In this document: in pieces, positions 22,801 through 34,737 of the stretch
Layout of the letters: each line of letters begins with the position of its first letter
How positions within the stretch are numbered: the stretch's first letter is position 1
Origin: an uncultured bacterium
Lineage (GTDB): Bacteria; UBA8481
DNA length: 58,494 bases
Assembly: GCA_964499705.1 (NCBI GenBank)
Contig: CAZCME010000010.1
Span: forward strand, 86,280 to 144,773
Direction: 5' to 3'
Position numbers and translations under genes: made by a program
The notes under the pieces: model-generated
Databases searched by the model: none
Told to the model about the DNA's origin: nothing
The model's input: the letters and a program-made list of their open reading frames with translations, nothing else

Positions 22801-25800
22801 GTGATCGTTCCGGATTCATACAGCGTGAGCTGTTCGGATTCGCCCGTCCGTTCGTTGACGACGGTGACGACGACGGACTCCTGGAAATCGACGTCGCGGT
22901 TGGCGTTCGTGTCATAGAGGATGACGATCGAGAGAGGAGCGGCCGCCGTGCAGACCGACGGCACGGAGAGACTCGATGTCGTGGCGATCGGGATGACGAC
23001 GGCCGTGTCGACGCGTCCGGAATCCGTCGCGTCGTAGGGATCGAAGTAGGTGACGACGATCGTGTCGCCCGCGCGGACATACATTCTGCCCGTGCCTGAG
23101 CCGGAATCCGCGGAACTGTCGCTCGTGATCAAGGGGACGGAGTCGAAGTAATTCGTCGCGATACCCTGTTCATACAGGACGAAGGATTCCGTCTCGCCCG
23201 TGGCGGGATTCTGGAACGTGACGAGCATCGATTCCTGGAGAAAGGCCTGGCGGTTGAGGTTCGAATCGCGGAGGTACGCGAAGAGCGAATCTCCGATCGT
23301 GACGCGCGAGTCGGTCGTCAGTGCCGAAACCGTCAGGGCGGGAACGCAGAGAATCCCATGCGAGACGAACGAATCAAGCAGGTAGTCGCCGTCGGTATAC
23401 GTGACGGTGATCGTGTCGCCGTTCTGGGCGAAGAGGATACCGCTGTTCGAGATCGAATCGACGGCACTGTCGGTTGTCGGGAATGTTGCTGTGTCGAAGG
23501 TGCCGAAGTTCATCGATCCGGATTCATACAAAGTGAGCACTTCCGTCTCGCCCGTCCGCGTGTTCCGCAGGATGACGGTAACCGATTCCTGGAAATCGAC
23601 GTCGCGATTCGCGTTCGTGTCGATGACGGAGATGCCGGAGATCGTCGTCGCGACCGTGAAGGTCGATGGGATCCGCGAATCAACGGTCGTCGACGCGGGA
23701 CGGACGCCGCTCGAGTCGGCGCGCTCCGTGTCGGTCGCATCGAGCGGGTCGGTGTAGGTGACGATCAAAGTATCGCCGAGGCGGACGTAGATCTTCCCGG
23801 AGTTCGATCCGGAATCGGCCGGGTTCGATGACGTCAGAATGGAGGATGAATCGAAGAGGGTGGAGTCGATGCCGTTCTCCAGGAGCGTCAGCGTCTCCGT
23901 TTCGCCCGTCGCCGGATTCGTGATCGTGACGTTCATCGTCTCCTGGACGCCGACGTTCGCGTTGACGTTGCCGTCGACGACCTTGACGTAATACGAATCG
24001 CCGATCGTGACGCGCGAGTCCGCGGACATTACCGCGGCCGTGTTCGAGGCGATGACGGTGACGGGGGTTGCGACCGACGAATCCGTCGCGTCGTTCGGAT
24101 CGTCATAGCGGATCGTGACCGTGTCGCCGACGATGACGGTCAGCGTGTCATTGTCGGAGACGGAATCGGCCAAGTTCGAGACGACGAAGAGCTTCGTCAC
24201 ATCGAAGACGTTCGAATTCGTGTCGGTCTCGACGAGCGTTATGATCTCCGTTTCGCCCGTGCGGGAATTCGTGAACGTCACATTGATCGTATCCAGGACC
24301 GATGCCGAGAAGTTCTGGTCGGTGTCAGTGATGTACACGACGATCGAATCGCCGAGTTTCACCGTTGCGGGGAAGACGCCCGAGGAGAGCGACGACGGAT
24401 TGCTCACGCGGATCGGCCCGCCCAGCTGCGTGTCCGTCGTGTCGGTCGGATCGGTGTAGGAGATGCTGATCGAATCGCCGAGGAGGACAAAGAGCGTATC
24501 GTTGTCGACGGAATCGGCCAGAGACCCGGTGACGAAGATCTTCGTGACGTCGAAGTAGCCGGAGTTCGAATCGGTCTCGTACAGGATTATGATCTCCGTC
24601 TCGCCGGTTCGATTGTTCGTGATCGTAATCGCGATCGTGTCGATCGTCGTTCCGTTGAGATTCTGATCGGTGTCGCGGATGACCGGGACGATGCTGTCGC
24701 CGATGGGAACAGTGGACGGGAATGTCCCCGCAGAGACCGTAGTCTCGTGATAGACGGCGAACGGCCCGCCGGTCACCGAATCGGTCGGATCGGTCGGATC
24801 CGTGTAGACGATCCGGACTGTATCTCCGGCGAGGACGAAGAGCGTGTCATTGTCCGCGGCCGAATCGGCGGGATTCGAGACGACGAAGATCTTCGTGACG
24901 TCGAAGATGCCGGAGTTCGTCTCGGTTTCCACAAGTGTGATGATTTCCGTCTCGCCCGTCCGCATGTTCGTCACGGTGACGGAGATAGTCTCGACCGCGA
25001 GACCGTTGAAGTTCTGGTCCGAGTCGCGAATGATCGGGATGACGCTGTCGCCGAGTTTGACGTTCGACGGGAAGGTGCCGTTTGCCGCGACGGAATCCCA
25101 CAAGACGGTGACAAGCGATGAAGTGAAGACGTCGGCCGTGTCGTAGATGTCGGTGTACGACACGCGCAGCGTGTCGCCCGCCAGAGCGAAGATCGTGTCG
25201 TTATCCACACTGTCCGTCGGATTGTTCGAGAGGTAAAGCGGCGTCGTGTCGAAGGCTCCGGAGTAGAAGAAGGTCTCTGTGAGAACGAGGCTCTCTGTTT
25301 CTCCCGTCCGCAAGTTCGTGACGGTGACCGTCACGGTTTCGACCGTAAGCTCTGAAAAGTCCTGATCGGTATCCTTGATGATCGGGCGGAAACTGTCGTA
25401 GAGATAGGCGGCGGAGGGGACGGAACCCGACGATGGTGAAGTATCGCGAAGGACAAGAATCGAGAAGCTCGTCAGAGAATCGGTCGCATCCGTCGGGTCT
25501 GTGTAGGAAACGGTAAGCGTGTCGTTCATTGTTCCGAAGAGCTTGCCGGTGCCGGAACCGGAATCGGAAGATAGGCTGGTGATGAGGAGCCGGTTCGTGA
25601 AGTATCCGGCGTTCTCGGAATTCTCGAAGAGAATCATCGTCTCCGTTTCGCCCGTGCGGTGATTCGTCACGGTCACCGTGATCGAATCCGTGGAATATCC
25701 GGCCATGTTCTGGTCTGTGTCGTTGATGGTCGGTTCGAGTTCCGTCGCGATCTTGACGAAGGTCGGGAATGTTCCGCTCGATGCCGTCGTGTCGAAATAC

Positions 25801-28800
25801 GCCTTGAACGATCCGGTGACGATGTCGGTACCGTCCGTGGGATCGGTGTAGGTGACGATGATGCTGTCGCCGGCCAGGACATAGAGCGTGTCGTTATCGA
25901 CCGAGTCGGCGATCGTCTGGACCGCGAAGATCTTCGTGATGTTGAAGATGCCCGAATTCGTATCGGTTTCGAACAGGGTGATGATCTCCGCCTCGAGCGT
26001 CCGGTTGTTCGTCACGGTTATCGTGATTGTGTCGATCGTATCGAACCGCGAGTTCTGATCCGCGTCTGCGATGGATGGGATAATGCTGTCGCTGAGCCTG
26101 ACCCGCGGCGGGAACGTTCCGGTCGCGGCGGTGTTGGCGGGAACGATCGAGTACGCGCCGAGTAGGAACGTATCGCCGGAGCTATTGGCGTCGGTGTAGG
26201 AGACCGTGAAGGTGTCTCCGTTCAGGAGCATGATCGCGCCGTTATTGGAGAGCGAATCCGCGAAGGACTGAGAGAGTCGGAATGAACTTGTCTCGAATCC
26301 GCCCGTCGTCACACTCGTCTCGGTCAGGATCGCGTTTTCCGTTTCGCCCGTCCGCGTGTTGGAGACGATGACCTGAAGCGTGTCCAGGGCCGTCGCGCTC
26401 TTGTTCTCGTCGATGTCGGTCGCGCGGATCCGGATCGAGTCGCCGGTAGACTGGGACGTGATGATGGTTCCCGAGGCGTCGATCAGAGACCCGGACGAAG
26501 TCGAAAGTCCTACATTGCCCGTGTCGAGCGAGGAATCCGTCGCTGGAATGGAATCGACATAGGAGCAGGTGACCGTGGATGAAGAAAGCACGGTGAGGAT
26601 CGAATCGGAGATCGTCACAGGGCCGGAATCCGTCACGAAATACCCGATGCTCCGGAAGATTCCGGAGTTATTCGCGGACTCGAGAATATGGACGTTCTGC
26701 GAATCGCCGTTGGAGGAACGGAGCGTGATGGAGACGGTATCCTGGACGGCGGGATTGCCGTTCCGGTTCCGGTCGATCACCTCCATATAGAGATATCCGC
26801 CGATCGGAACCGTTTCGAGCGTCATGAGCGACGCGTCGGTAAACCGAATCGAGCTGTTGCCGTCGCCGAGCATCGTCACCGTATCGGTCCTGACGTCCGA
26901 ACCCTGGTAGGGATCCGTGAAGGTCGTCCAGATATTCTGCGTGAGCGTTCCGTACATGATGCCCGACTGCGAGAGCGAATCGGCAATGTCGGTTTCCGTG
27001 GCGAGGGTTGCGAAGAATGTATCGGTAGAAGCCGATACCTCCGTAAGGATCTTGTCCTCCGTCTCGCCCGTCGTCGCGTTCGTGAGCCGGATCGAATACG
27101 TCTCGACTCTCAGCGCATCACGATTCAGTCCGCGGTCGATGAGTCGGATCCCCATCGTCTCACCTTCGGTGAGGAGTGTGATTCCTCCCGTGCCCGCCGC
27201 GTCGGTGATCTCGAAAGACATCGTCGCCAGGCTCGGCACAACAAGCGCGGACGTATAGATGATCGAGTCCGTCGTGTCCTGGACGTCCGTGTACGAGACT
27301 GTGATCGTGTCGCCCGCACGGACATAGAGCTTTCCGGTGCCGGACGTCGAGTCCGCGGCATTGGAGGACGTCGACATCGTGTCGATGTTGAACCAGCCCT
27401 GGTTGACGGCCGTTTCCGTCAGCGTCTTCACTTCCGTCTCGCCCGTGCGCTGGTTCTTGAATGTCACTTGAACCGTCTGGAGTGTCCCGATGTTGGTGTT
27501 CTGGTCGGTGTCTCTCACAACCACCTTGATGCTGTCGCCGATCGTGACGGATTCCGGCGCCTGCGTGATGGAACTGATCGAACTGACCCGGGCCGTCACC
27601 GTGAAGCGGTCATAGACGTAGTACGGCGTGTAGTCGATCGGATGCCGCACCCAGACCTGGTAGACGCCGGCCGCGTTCGCCGACGTCGGTCTCCAGAAAC
27701 CATTGCCTGTGAATCCGCCCGTCGCATTCAGGGGGATCGTTCCCTGGAAGGCGAAGGCGCTCTCCGAATCATTTCCGTCGAGGACGATCCGGACCATGAT
27801 CGAGTCCTTGTTCGTGGGGAACGCGGTGCCGCTGAAATAGACCGTCTCGCCCTGTTCATAGGATCCCGCGTCCGAGAGATACGCGAAGTCTCGAGTGTCG
27901 TAGATGAGGCCGTTCGCGCGAGTCGCCGCGCCGTCCTGGAAGTTCGCGGTCGTCACGATCTGTGCTCCGGAGAAGACCGCCGCTTCGCTGCCGACGGGCG
28001 CGCCGTTCAGATCGCGCTTGATGGAAACTTCCGACGATCCCGTCCCATAAAGCATCCGGAACGGAGTCGTCTCGTAGACGTTCTTCGCGCCTCCGCCGGC
28101 AATCTGCAAGCCGGAAATCGGGAATCCGTACGAGAGATAGATATCGCTGTCCCCGCTGACGTCCGAAAGGGGGATCTTTTCAATCCAGATCGTGTCGATA
28201 CCGCTCGACTTGTAGGCATTGTCGATTTCGTAGTTGATGATGCCGTCGCGGAAGTCCTGGTCGTTATTCGGGTTGTAGCGAATGCGAATTCCGTTGTCCG
28301 TTGGTTGGGCTGTCAAGCCGATGGACCAGTCCGCGAATCCGTCCATGTTCACGTCGAGCCAGAGCATCCAGCCCTTCTGATGGATCGCGTCGGTGCTGTG
28401 CTGCCATGTGATCGTATCCGGCGCATCTAGGCAGAACCGGAACCAGAGATACTGCATCGACTTGTTGTAGTACATGTATCCCGAGTAACTATCCCGATCG
28501 TCGACGACTTCCGTGTAGGCGGATGTCCCGTCGTTATAGATGGTGTCGGAATATTTGCTCCAATCGCCCTTCTGGATCCCCACCCAGCCCATGTCGACCC
28601 GGTGGAAGTCGAACGTGACGCGGCGCGGCGTGTCCCACGCGACCAGTCCCAGGAAGGTCGTGAGGCGGGCGCCGATCGAGTCGCTCTTCCCGGCCAGCGA
28701 TGCGGTGCATTTCCACGTGCCTGTGGCCGTAACCGTCGTCGTCCCCGTCGCGACGCCGTTCTGGAAGATTGTGACGGAATCGCCGGGTCGGGCGTCGGTG

Positions 28801-30932
28801 CAGGTGCCGCTGATCTGGAAGAAGGCCTGGTTTGTCTCGAGCCCATTGACCGGGGCCGGATGCATTGCGATTCCCGGATTGGAATACAACGAGACCCGAT
28901 GCGTGTCCCACGCTGTGTATCCGAATGAATTGCTCGTCAGCTTCACCTGGATCGAGTCGCTCTTGGCGGCAATCGTGCACCAGCCGACGAAGGCGAGCGA
29001 ACCATTCAGGTAGACCGTGTCCATCGGGATGTAGTTGCGGTAAATGTTCACCGTATCGCCGGACAGCGCGTCGGCGGTCGCGGTGCCAATCACCTGGAAT
29101 GCGGTCGTTCCCGTGTCGTGACCATTCGCGGGCACTGAAAGATCCACTGTCGGACGAAGCTCTCTTATCCGGTAGACGAACGGATTCGCTCGTGCCGTCG
29201 CTTCGGTCTTCGTGGAATCGCTGAACGTGATGTTGTCGACCGTGTTGTTTCCGTGGCAGTAGGTGGAATCCGGGCCGCTGATGACGAGCGAGAAGTAGTA
29301 GCCGACCGTGTCCATGTAGTCGAAGGAGGCGTCGTTAGCCTGGTTGAGGAGGAACTTGAAGTAGATGCTGTCGCCGACCGTGACCGTCTCGGATGCGTTG
29401 ACGCTCGACCAGTAACCCTGAGATGTCTCGTAGAAGAGCGTGCAGGTCGGAGTCTCGTTCGCCGGAGTCTTGCCGACCCAGAAGATGACCGGATTGTCGG
29501 TTGAGCGACGCCGCGGCCACATTGTATCGCCCGTGGAGTTCGTCGCCGTCCTCATATACAGATCAGCCTCGACGCCCGTCTCCGGCGCAGGATTGCCGAC
29601 CGTGTGCCAGGAGTTTATCGTCGGGCCGACGCCGGCGCCCGTCGTGAATGTGCAGAAGCTGCCTTTGGCGAGCGTCACGTAGTCGACGCGGGACGAGACG
29701 AGCGCGCCCGTGGTTGTCTCCGCCGTCGTCGTGAAGGCGTAGTAACCGACCGTCGTGAAAGGCGCGATGCTCGGGAGCGTGACCGTATGGAGCGTATCGA
29801 CGCCCACGGTGGACTTCACGAAGGTGTCGGAGACCCAGGAGTCGGTCGTGTAGCGGATCCAGATCTTCTCCTCGGCGCTCTTGGCGGTGTTGATGCGCAC
29901 GTCGACTGAGTGAGCCGTGAATCCGGCCAGGCCATCGTTCAAGTCGACGGTGGAATCGATCCGGACGGGAAGTTGCGAGGTTGCGATGAAGCCGAAGGTG
30001 CCATCGGGGGTAGTCTTGGTGAGGACGGTGATGAAGCTGTCGCGGCGCGTGCCGGCCGGGAGCGTAGCGGCGGCGCCGCCCGCCGTGAGAAAGACGACGG
30101 TGTCGAGCGCGCTGACAGCGGCTCCGTTGCCGTAGTTCGAACCGCCGCCGCTGATGGAGAAGGTGCAGCTCGCGGGCAGGCCGGTACGCGTCATCCTCGC
30201 GAACCCCGTCGGGGCATTGTTGGTCTGAAAGCGTTGCGTGTCCACAGCCAGGTTCGGGTAGGTCGTGCATGGCCAGGTGATGGCGGTGGGAGTGCCCAAC
30301 CTGAAGAGACCGACGCCGTCGATGAAGACCGTCTTGTTCGCTCCGCCCGAAACCATGTTGAAGAAGACAACGGCCTTGCGCGCGCGAGGTGGCGCAAAGA
30401 AGTTGTTCCAGGAGTCAAACTCCCAGACGCCCGTGGCCCCGAGCACCGTCATGGCACGGCTCTCCGTTCGAATCAGGTTGTTTCCGGAGTCATACCAGGA
30501 GACGCCCGGGCCGGTCGCATTGCCGTTGTGAGAAACCTGCCGCCAATATTCGATGCGATAGGTGTCCGGACCGGTGACCGAGACGTAGGCGTTATTAGCA
30601 TTCGTCGTGTCGCCTATGAGCAGCCCGGTCTCCGCGGCTCCACCGAGCGAGACGTTGAAGTGCGTGGCGCCAAAGAGGAGCGCGGCGTTGCTGGCGAAGA
30701 CCGGCACATCATTGCCGGAGAAGCGCCAGCGCTGGTTGGCACCCGACTCGAAGCCCGGATCATTGCGGACCTCGTTATTGAGGAGACCGCCGTCCGGGAT
30801 GACGGCGGCATTTGCGGAAATGGTGATGAGAGGGAAGAGCATCAGGAGGAGAATGAATTTCGGGCGCAGGTGGAGAAGGTGACTTCGGCGTTTCTGACCC
30901 AGAATCAAGTCCGTTGAACTGCTATTCCTCAT
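10868..30932 (-). CDS. Giant secreted repeat protein (>=6,654 aa) with ~44 repeats of ~117 aa and a C-terminal T9SS type A/FlgD-like sorting domain; split in the ORF track only by the 100-N gap
   Basis: Signal peptide at the N-terminus; the gap flanks join in frame (CTC T|AC GGG = ...DTLY GRAGDT...); C-terminal IYPNP..IRVFTTLGERV..WDVRN...LASGVYVV..KIAVIR. Confidence 0.85.
12000..27590 (-). repeat. Coding tandem array, period ~351 bp, ~44 units (D.D.N...DT..V..TN.RTGETE...L.ETDSNSG.F...GDT.T..Y.D)
   Basis: Counted by eye from TGETE-like motifs; antisense ORFs recur at 351-bp spacing (18106, 18457, 18808). Confidence 0.9.
14167..14266. other. Assembly gap of 100 N inside the repeat array
   Basis: Run of N. 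Confidence 1.
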
Positions 30933-31067
30933 GAGTAAATAGCTTTATTCTCCTTGTTAAACTAGCGGATCCACGCATGCACCACCGCAATTCCTGTCAC
31001 TCCAATGCCGCAATCACCAGAATAAGAAACCCTACTGCGGCGCAAAAGCCCCGGAACTACTCCATGC

Positions 31068-31083
31068 AGCAAATAGCACGCCA
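31068..31083 (-). promoter_or_regulatory. Sigma54 -24/-12 promoter for the giant protein gene
   Basis: Minus strand TGGCGT-GCTAT-TTGCT (GG-N10-GC), 136 bp upstream of the ATG and adjacent to an EBP gene. Confidence 0.7.
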
Positions 31084-31165
31084 TCCCAATCGTGGATTCA
31101 TAAAGCGCTATTTACGATGTAGTGGACCCGGAAAGCTGGTCAGAATAGATAACTTTAGTGATTTA

Positions 31166-31193
31166 TGCAACAGTTAAATGCAACGTTGCAACA
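31166..31193. promoter_or_regulatory. Putative enhancer (EBP-binding) site
   Basis: TGCAAC(A) three times, including the palindrome TGCAACGTTGCA, ~100 bp upstream of the sigma54 promoter. Confidence 0.5.
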
Positions 31194-31198
31194 GGAAA

Positions 31199-32896
31199 TC
31201 AGGTGTGGGCTTGATCCTCGGGCGTGTGTTTCTTGAGCCAGCGCCAGAGCGTGGTCCGGTGGATACCGAGCTGTTGCGCGGTCTTCTCCCGGTCATAGTT
31301 GTTGCTCTTCAAGGTGGCCATGATCCGCGAATAGAGAAGTTCTCCGGGCGGCCGCCTCGACCCTTCGGCGTTCCCCGCGGCCAGGCGGATATAGTCAGGG
31401 AGATACGACTCATGGAGCTCGCTTCCTTTCGTCAGGATAAATGCGTGTTCCATGACGCTTTCGAGCTCGCGGACGTTGCCGGGGAATGCGTACTGCAGAA
31501 GCAGATCCATGACGGTTCCGGTCACCTTGTCGATCGTCCGGTCGTAACGGAGGCTGAATTTCCGGAGGAAATGTCGGACGAGGAGCGGGATATCTTCGCG
31601 GCGATCACGGAGCGGCGGCATCTCGATCTGCATGACGCGGAGCCTGTAGTAGAGATCCTCTCGGAAGAGCTTCTGCGCGACCATCTCGTCGAGATTCTGG
31701 TTCGTGGCGGTGATGAAACGGATATCCGCTTTCTTCGTCGCGACATCTCCGAGGACATCATATTCCTTCTCCTGTATGAGGCGCAGGATCTTCGGTTGCA
31801 GGAGCATCGGCATGTCACCGATTTCGTCGAGGAAGAGCGTTCCGCCTTCCGCGGCCGCGACGCGGCCCTTCTTATCCTGCTTGGCGTCGGTGAAGGCGCC
31901 CTTCCTGTACCCGAAGAGCTCCGACTCGAGAAGCTGCTCCGGCAGGGCCGCGCAGTTGACGGAAACGAGCGGATGCTCGCGGCGTCCGCTCATGTTGTGA
32001 ATCGCGCGGACGACCAGTTCCTTGCCGGTTCCGCTCTCGCCGGTCACGAGCACGTTGACGTCGGTATCCGCGATGTCGCGGATCATCTCCACGACCCGCC
32101 GAATGCTCCTGCTCTGCCCCACGAGATCGTGAAACGTGTATTTCTCCTGGAGCTCCTTCCTGAGGATCATGATCGGCGTGACATCGTGGAACGTCAGGAG
32201 CCCTTTCACGACACCTTCCGCGTTTTCCCGGAAGATCGAGCCGCGCGTCTGAACGGGCATGATGGTGTTGTCGCTCCGCTTCAGGTATCGGAGCTCCGAC
32301 CCGTCGCCGGGCGGTTTACCAGCGACAGGCTCGCCGGACTCCTGGTGAAACAGGTGGGCGACCGGTTGCGAAATGAGCTCCAACCGGGTCCGCCCCGTCA
32401 TCTTCTCGACCGCGCTGTTGGCGAAGATGATCCGCCTGTTTTCGTCCACCGCCACGACTCCGTCCTCGATCGTGTCCACGATGGCGTTCTTGAGGAGCAG
32501 TTCGCGCTTCTGGTGAATGGTCCGGGCCGTTCTCTGCACGACATCCAGGAGCTCCGATTTCGTCACCGGCTTCTTGAGGAAATGATCCACGCCCAGCCGG
32601 ATCGATTCCATCAGGTAGGCTTCGTCCGCGTGGCCCGTGATGACGATGATGGGCGTTTCCAGTTTCGACGTTCTCATCTCGCGGACGATGTCCAGGCCAT
32701 TGCCGTCGGGCAGCAGGAGATCGACGAGCACCGCGTCATAGGGGCAAGCTCTGATTTTTTCGAGGCCGCTCTTGACATCGGGGGCGAAATCGAGGCGAGC
32801 GACACTCTTGCCGAGAAAGACATCGAAGATTTTTCGAATCTCGGGAGCATCCTCGATGCAGAGGAGGACGAGTTCGCTGATGGGGTCGGTGGACAT
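31199..32896 (-). CDS. Sigma54-dependent transcriptional activator (REC-PAS-AAA+-Fis HTH)
   Basis: VLVDLLLPDGNG receiver; PAS; GESGTGKE, ESELFG, GAFTDA, LFLDEIG, FREDLYYRL, PGNVREL, LGIHRTTLWR. Confidence 0.93.
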   Translation of the reverse strand: MSTDPISELVLLCIEDAPEIRKIFDVFLGKSVARLDFAPDVKSGLEKIRACPYDAVLVDLLLPDGNGLDIVREMRTSKLETPIIVITGHADEAYLMESIRLGVDHFLKKPVTKSELLDVVQRTARTIHQKRELLLKNAIVDTIEDGVVAVDENRRIIFANSAVEKMTGRTRLELISQPVAHLFHQESGEPVAGKPPGDGSELRYLKRSDNTIMPVQTRGSIFRENAEGVVKGLLTFHDVTPIMILRKELQEKYTFHDLVGQSRSIRRVVEMIRDIADTDVNVLVTGESGTGKELVVRAIHNMSGRREHPLVSVNCAALPEQLLESELFGYRKGAFTDAKQDKKGRVAAAEGGTLFLDEIGDMPMLLQPKILRLIQEKEYDVLGDVATKKADIRFITATNQNLDEMVAQKLFREDLYYRLRVMQIEMPPLRDRREDIPLLVRHFLRKFSLRYDRTIDKVTGTVMDLLLQYAFPGNVRELESVMEHAFILTKGSELHESYLPDYIRLAAGNAEGSRRPPGELLYSRIMATLKSNNYDREKTAQQLGIHRTTLWRWLKKHTPEDQAHT

Positions 32897-32944
32897 GTGA
32901 CCATTATCACCGAGAGCCGTCGGGCTGACAAGTGATCCGCGCTC

Positions 32945-34732
32945 TCAGCGGATGATCATCAACTTTTTCAGGGCGGTCGCGCCGGAGGGCGAGCGGATGA
33001 CCACGATGTAGATTCCGGATGCCGCCATGCGCCCGTCGGCGGCTCTCGCGTCCCACTGGATGCGCCCGTCGAAACGGACATTCGAAAGTTGGATGACCTC
33101 CCGGCCGGACACGGTGCGAATATGGATGACGCATCCCGGCTCCAGGCCGTCGAAGATGACACCAGTGGAGAGATCGCCCCCTTTGAATTCGGTACCGTTC
33201 CGGGATTCGCGATCGTCGGGAACGTAGGGATTCGGATAGATGAGGACATCCTGAGGATCCACCGACAGGGAACGCGCCAGGATGGCGAAATCGCTGAAAT
33301 GGTTCGTACGCGCGACGACGACGCGCCGCTCGGTGTCCACGCGGGAATCATCCAGCAGGACCCAGTGGAGTGCCGCGGGATCGAACCAGTACAGGCCGAG
33401 CCGTTTCTCCGGGGCGTCGATGTCTTCCGGGCGATAGGGAATTTCGATCGTGACGGGTTCGTGGAAGGCGTGGCCTCCGTCTTCCCGCTCGATCCGGCGG
33501 AAACCGCGCCGCACGGCTCTGTACTGCCGGGCCGGCGTCGTGCCGGGCGGGAGTTCGGCGAAATGCGATATGTGGATCCACGCGTTGGCCGGGGAATCGT
33601 CAGACATCCACGATCCCCGGGGAATTCGGACGCAAGTGCCGTCGAAGAGCGCAATCGTTTCGTCCTCGTCGTCTCCGGCCCACTGCCGCTCGGTGAAATT
33701 CGCGTCTCGATCGTGCCTGTTGTCATGTCGCCCGCGATCCGATTCCTGTATTTCCACGCGCCGGATTTCGGGATATGGATCGTTCTGGAATCCCGAGCCG
33801 CCGGTCTTTCTGGAGGCGACGGCGCGGACATCGTAGAGGCCGGTCGCAAGCGCTGCGATATCCCAGAGGATTCCCCAGCGCGGCACCATCGTGTCGGGAT
33901 TTGCGTCGCTCCAGAATGTCGTGGCGCACGGCGTCCAGGGCGATTCGCCGGTACCTTCGCCCGGGACGGAACGATACTCGAAGCGCACGGATGAAATCTC
34001 GCGGTCGTAACCCGCGAAGAGCGAGACGGCGTTTCCCTGGATGCCGCGTCTTCGTCTCCGTGCGGACCCCAAAGAGAGAATCCGAATCCACGGCTCCGGT
34101 TCGGGATCGGGCGGAGAGTAGCAGAGCAGGTCGATGAGAATCCGGGTGGAGTATGTTCCGGGGGAGATCGCATCGATCTGAGCGGCGAATTCGAGCAGGT
34201 AAGATTCGGAGGCGGATTGGGGATCGATCGTCACATCGGCAGACGAGGAGATATCGGCCCACGCCGGTTCCAGCGGATCGCGCATCAGATGCCATGGACG
34301 CGGGAAATCCGGCTCGGGCGCACAATCCGCGATAGCGCCATCCGCGCGGCGCCAGAGGAGATCGGCGCCCAGGTTTTGATCGGAGCTGTTTCGGAGTCCG
34401 CGTACGTTGGCGCCGTTTCCGAGCGAAGGAGTGTCGGAGAATTCATTGCCTGTGTGAATGAGGAGCCGCCATGCGCTCAGTGGCGGATCGAGTCTGAGCC
34501 GGAGCTGCTGAGGTGAAATGACGCGTGATTCGTCATGACGGGACGCATGGAACGAGATGGTCTCCGCCGGCGATCCGTCGACCGCGCGAAAGACATCCAG
34601 CGACAACGACGGAGCGACGTGTCGCGGGGCGACTTGTCGCGGGGCTATCTGTAGCTGGCCGACTTGTCGCGTGTCCTGTTCGGCGGTTGTCGCGCCGCTG
34701 AGCGCGAAGCAGAGCGCGATCGCCGCGGACAT
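32945..34732 (-). CDS. Secreted protein: pilin/WxL-like N-terminal domain, Ig-like domain, HFS-containing domain and T9SS-like CTD
   Basis: Signal peptide; N-terminal domain aligns with the 35712-36353 protein; IYPNPY..WDAR..ASGIYIV..KKLMIIR. Confidence 0.7.
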   Translation of the reverse strand: MSAAIALCFALSGATTAEQDTRQVGQLQIAPRQVAPRHVAPSLSLDVFRAVDGSPAETISFHASRHDESRVISPQQLRLRLDPPLSAWRLLIHTGNEFSDTPSLGNGANVRGLRNSSDQNLGADLLWRRADGAIADCAPEPDFPRPWHLMRDPLEPAWADISSSADVTIDPQSASESYLLEFAAQIDAISPGTYSTRILIDLLCYSPPDPEPEPWIRILSLGSARRRRRGIQGNAVSLFAGYDREISSVRFEYRSVPGEGTGESPWTPCATTFWSDANPDTMVPRWGILWDIAALATGLYDVRAVASRKTGGSGFQNDPYPEIRRVEIQESDRGRHDNRHDRDANFTERQWAGDDEDETIALFDGTCVRIPRGSWMSDDSPANAWIHISHFAELPPGTTPARQYRAVRRGFRRIEREDGGHAFHEPVTIEIPYRPEDIDAPEKRLGLYWFDPAALHWVLLDDSRVDTERRVVVARTNHFSDFAILARSLSVDPQDVLIYPNPYVPDDRESRNGTEFKGGDLSTGVIFDGLEPGCVIHIRTVSGREVIQLSNVRFDGRIQWDARAADGRMAASGIYIVVIRSPSGATALKKLMIIR

Positions 34733-34737
34733 GGGTG

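Noticed and set aside
12000-27590. CRISPR-like or non-coding repeat array
   Set aside because: The ~351-bp period is in-frame protein repeats; no short repeat-spacer structure and no cas genes
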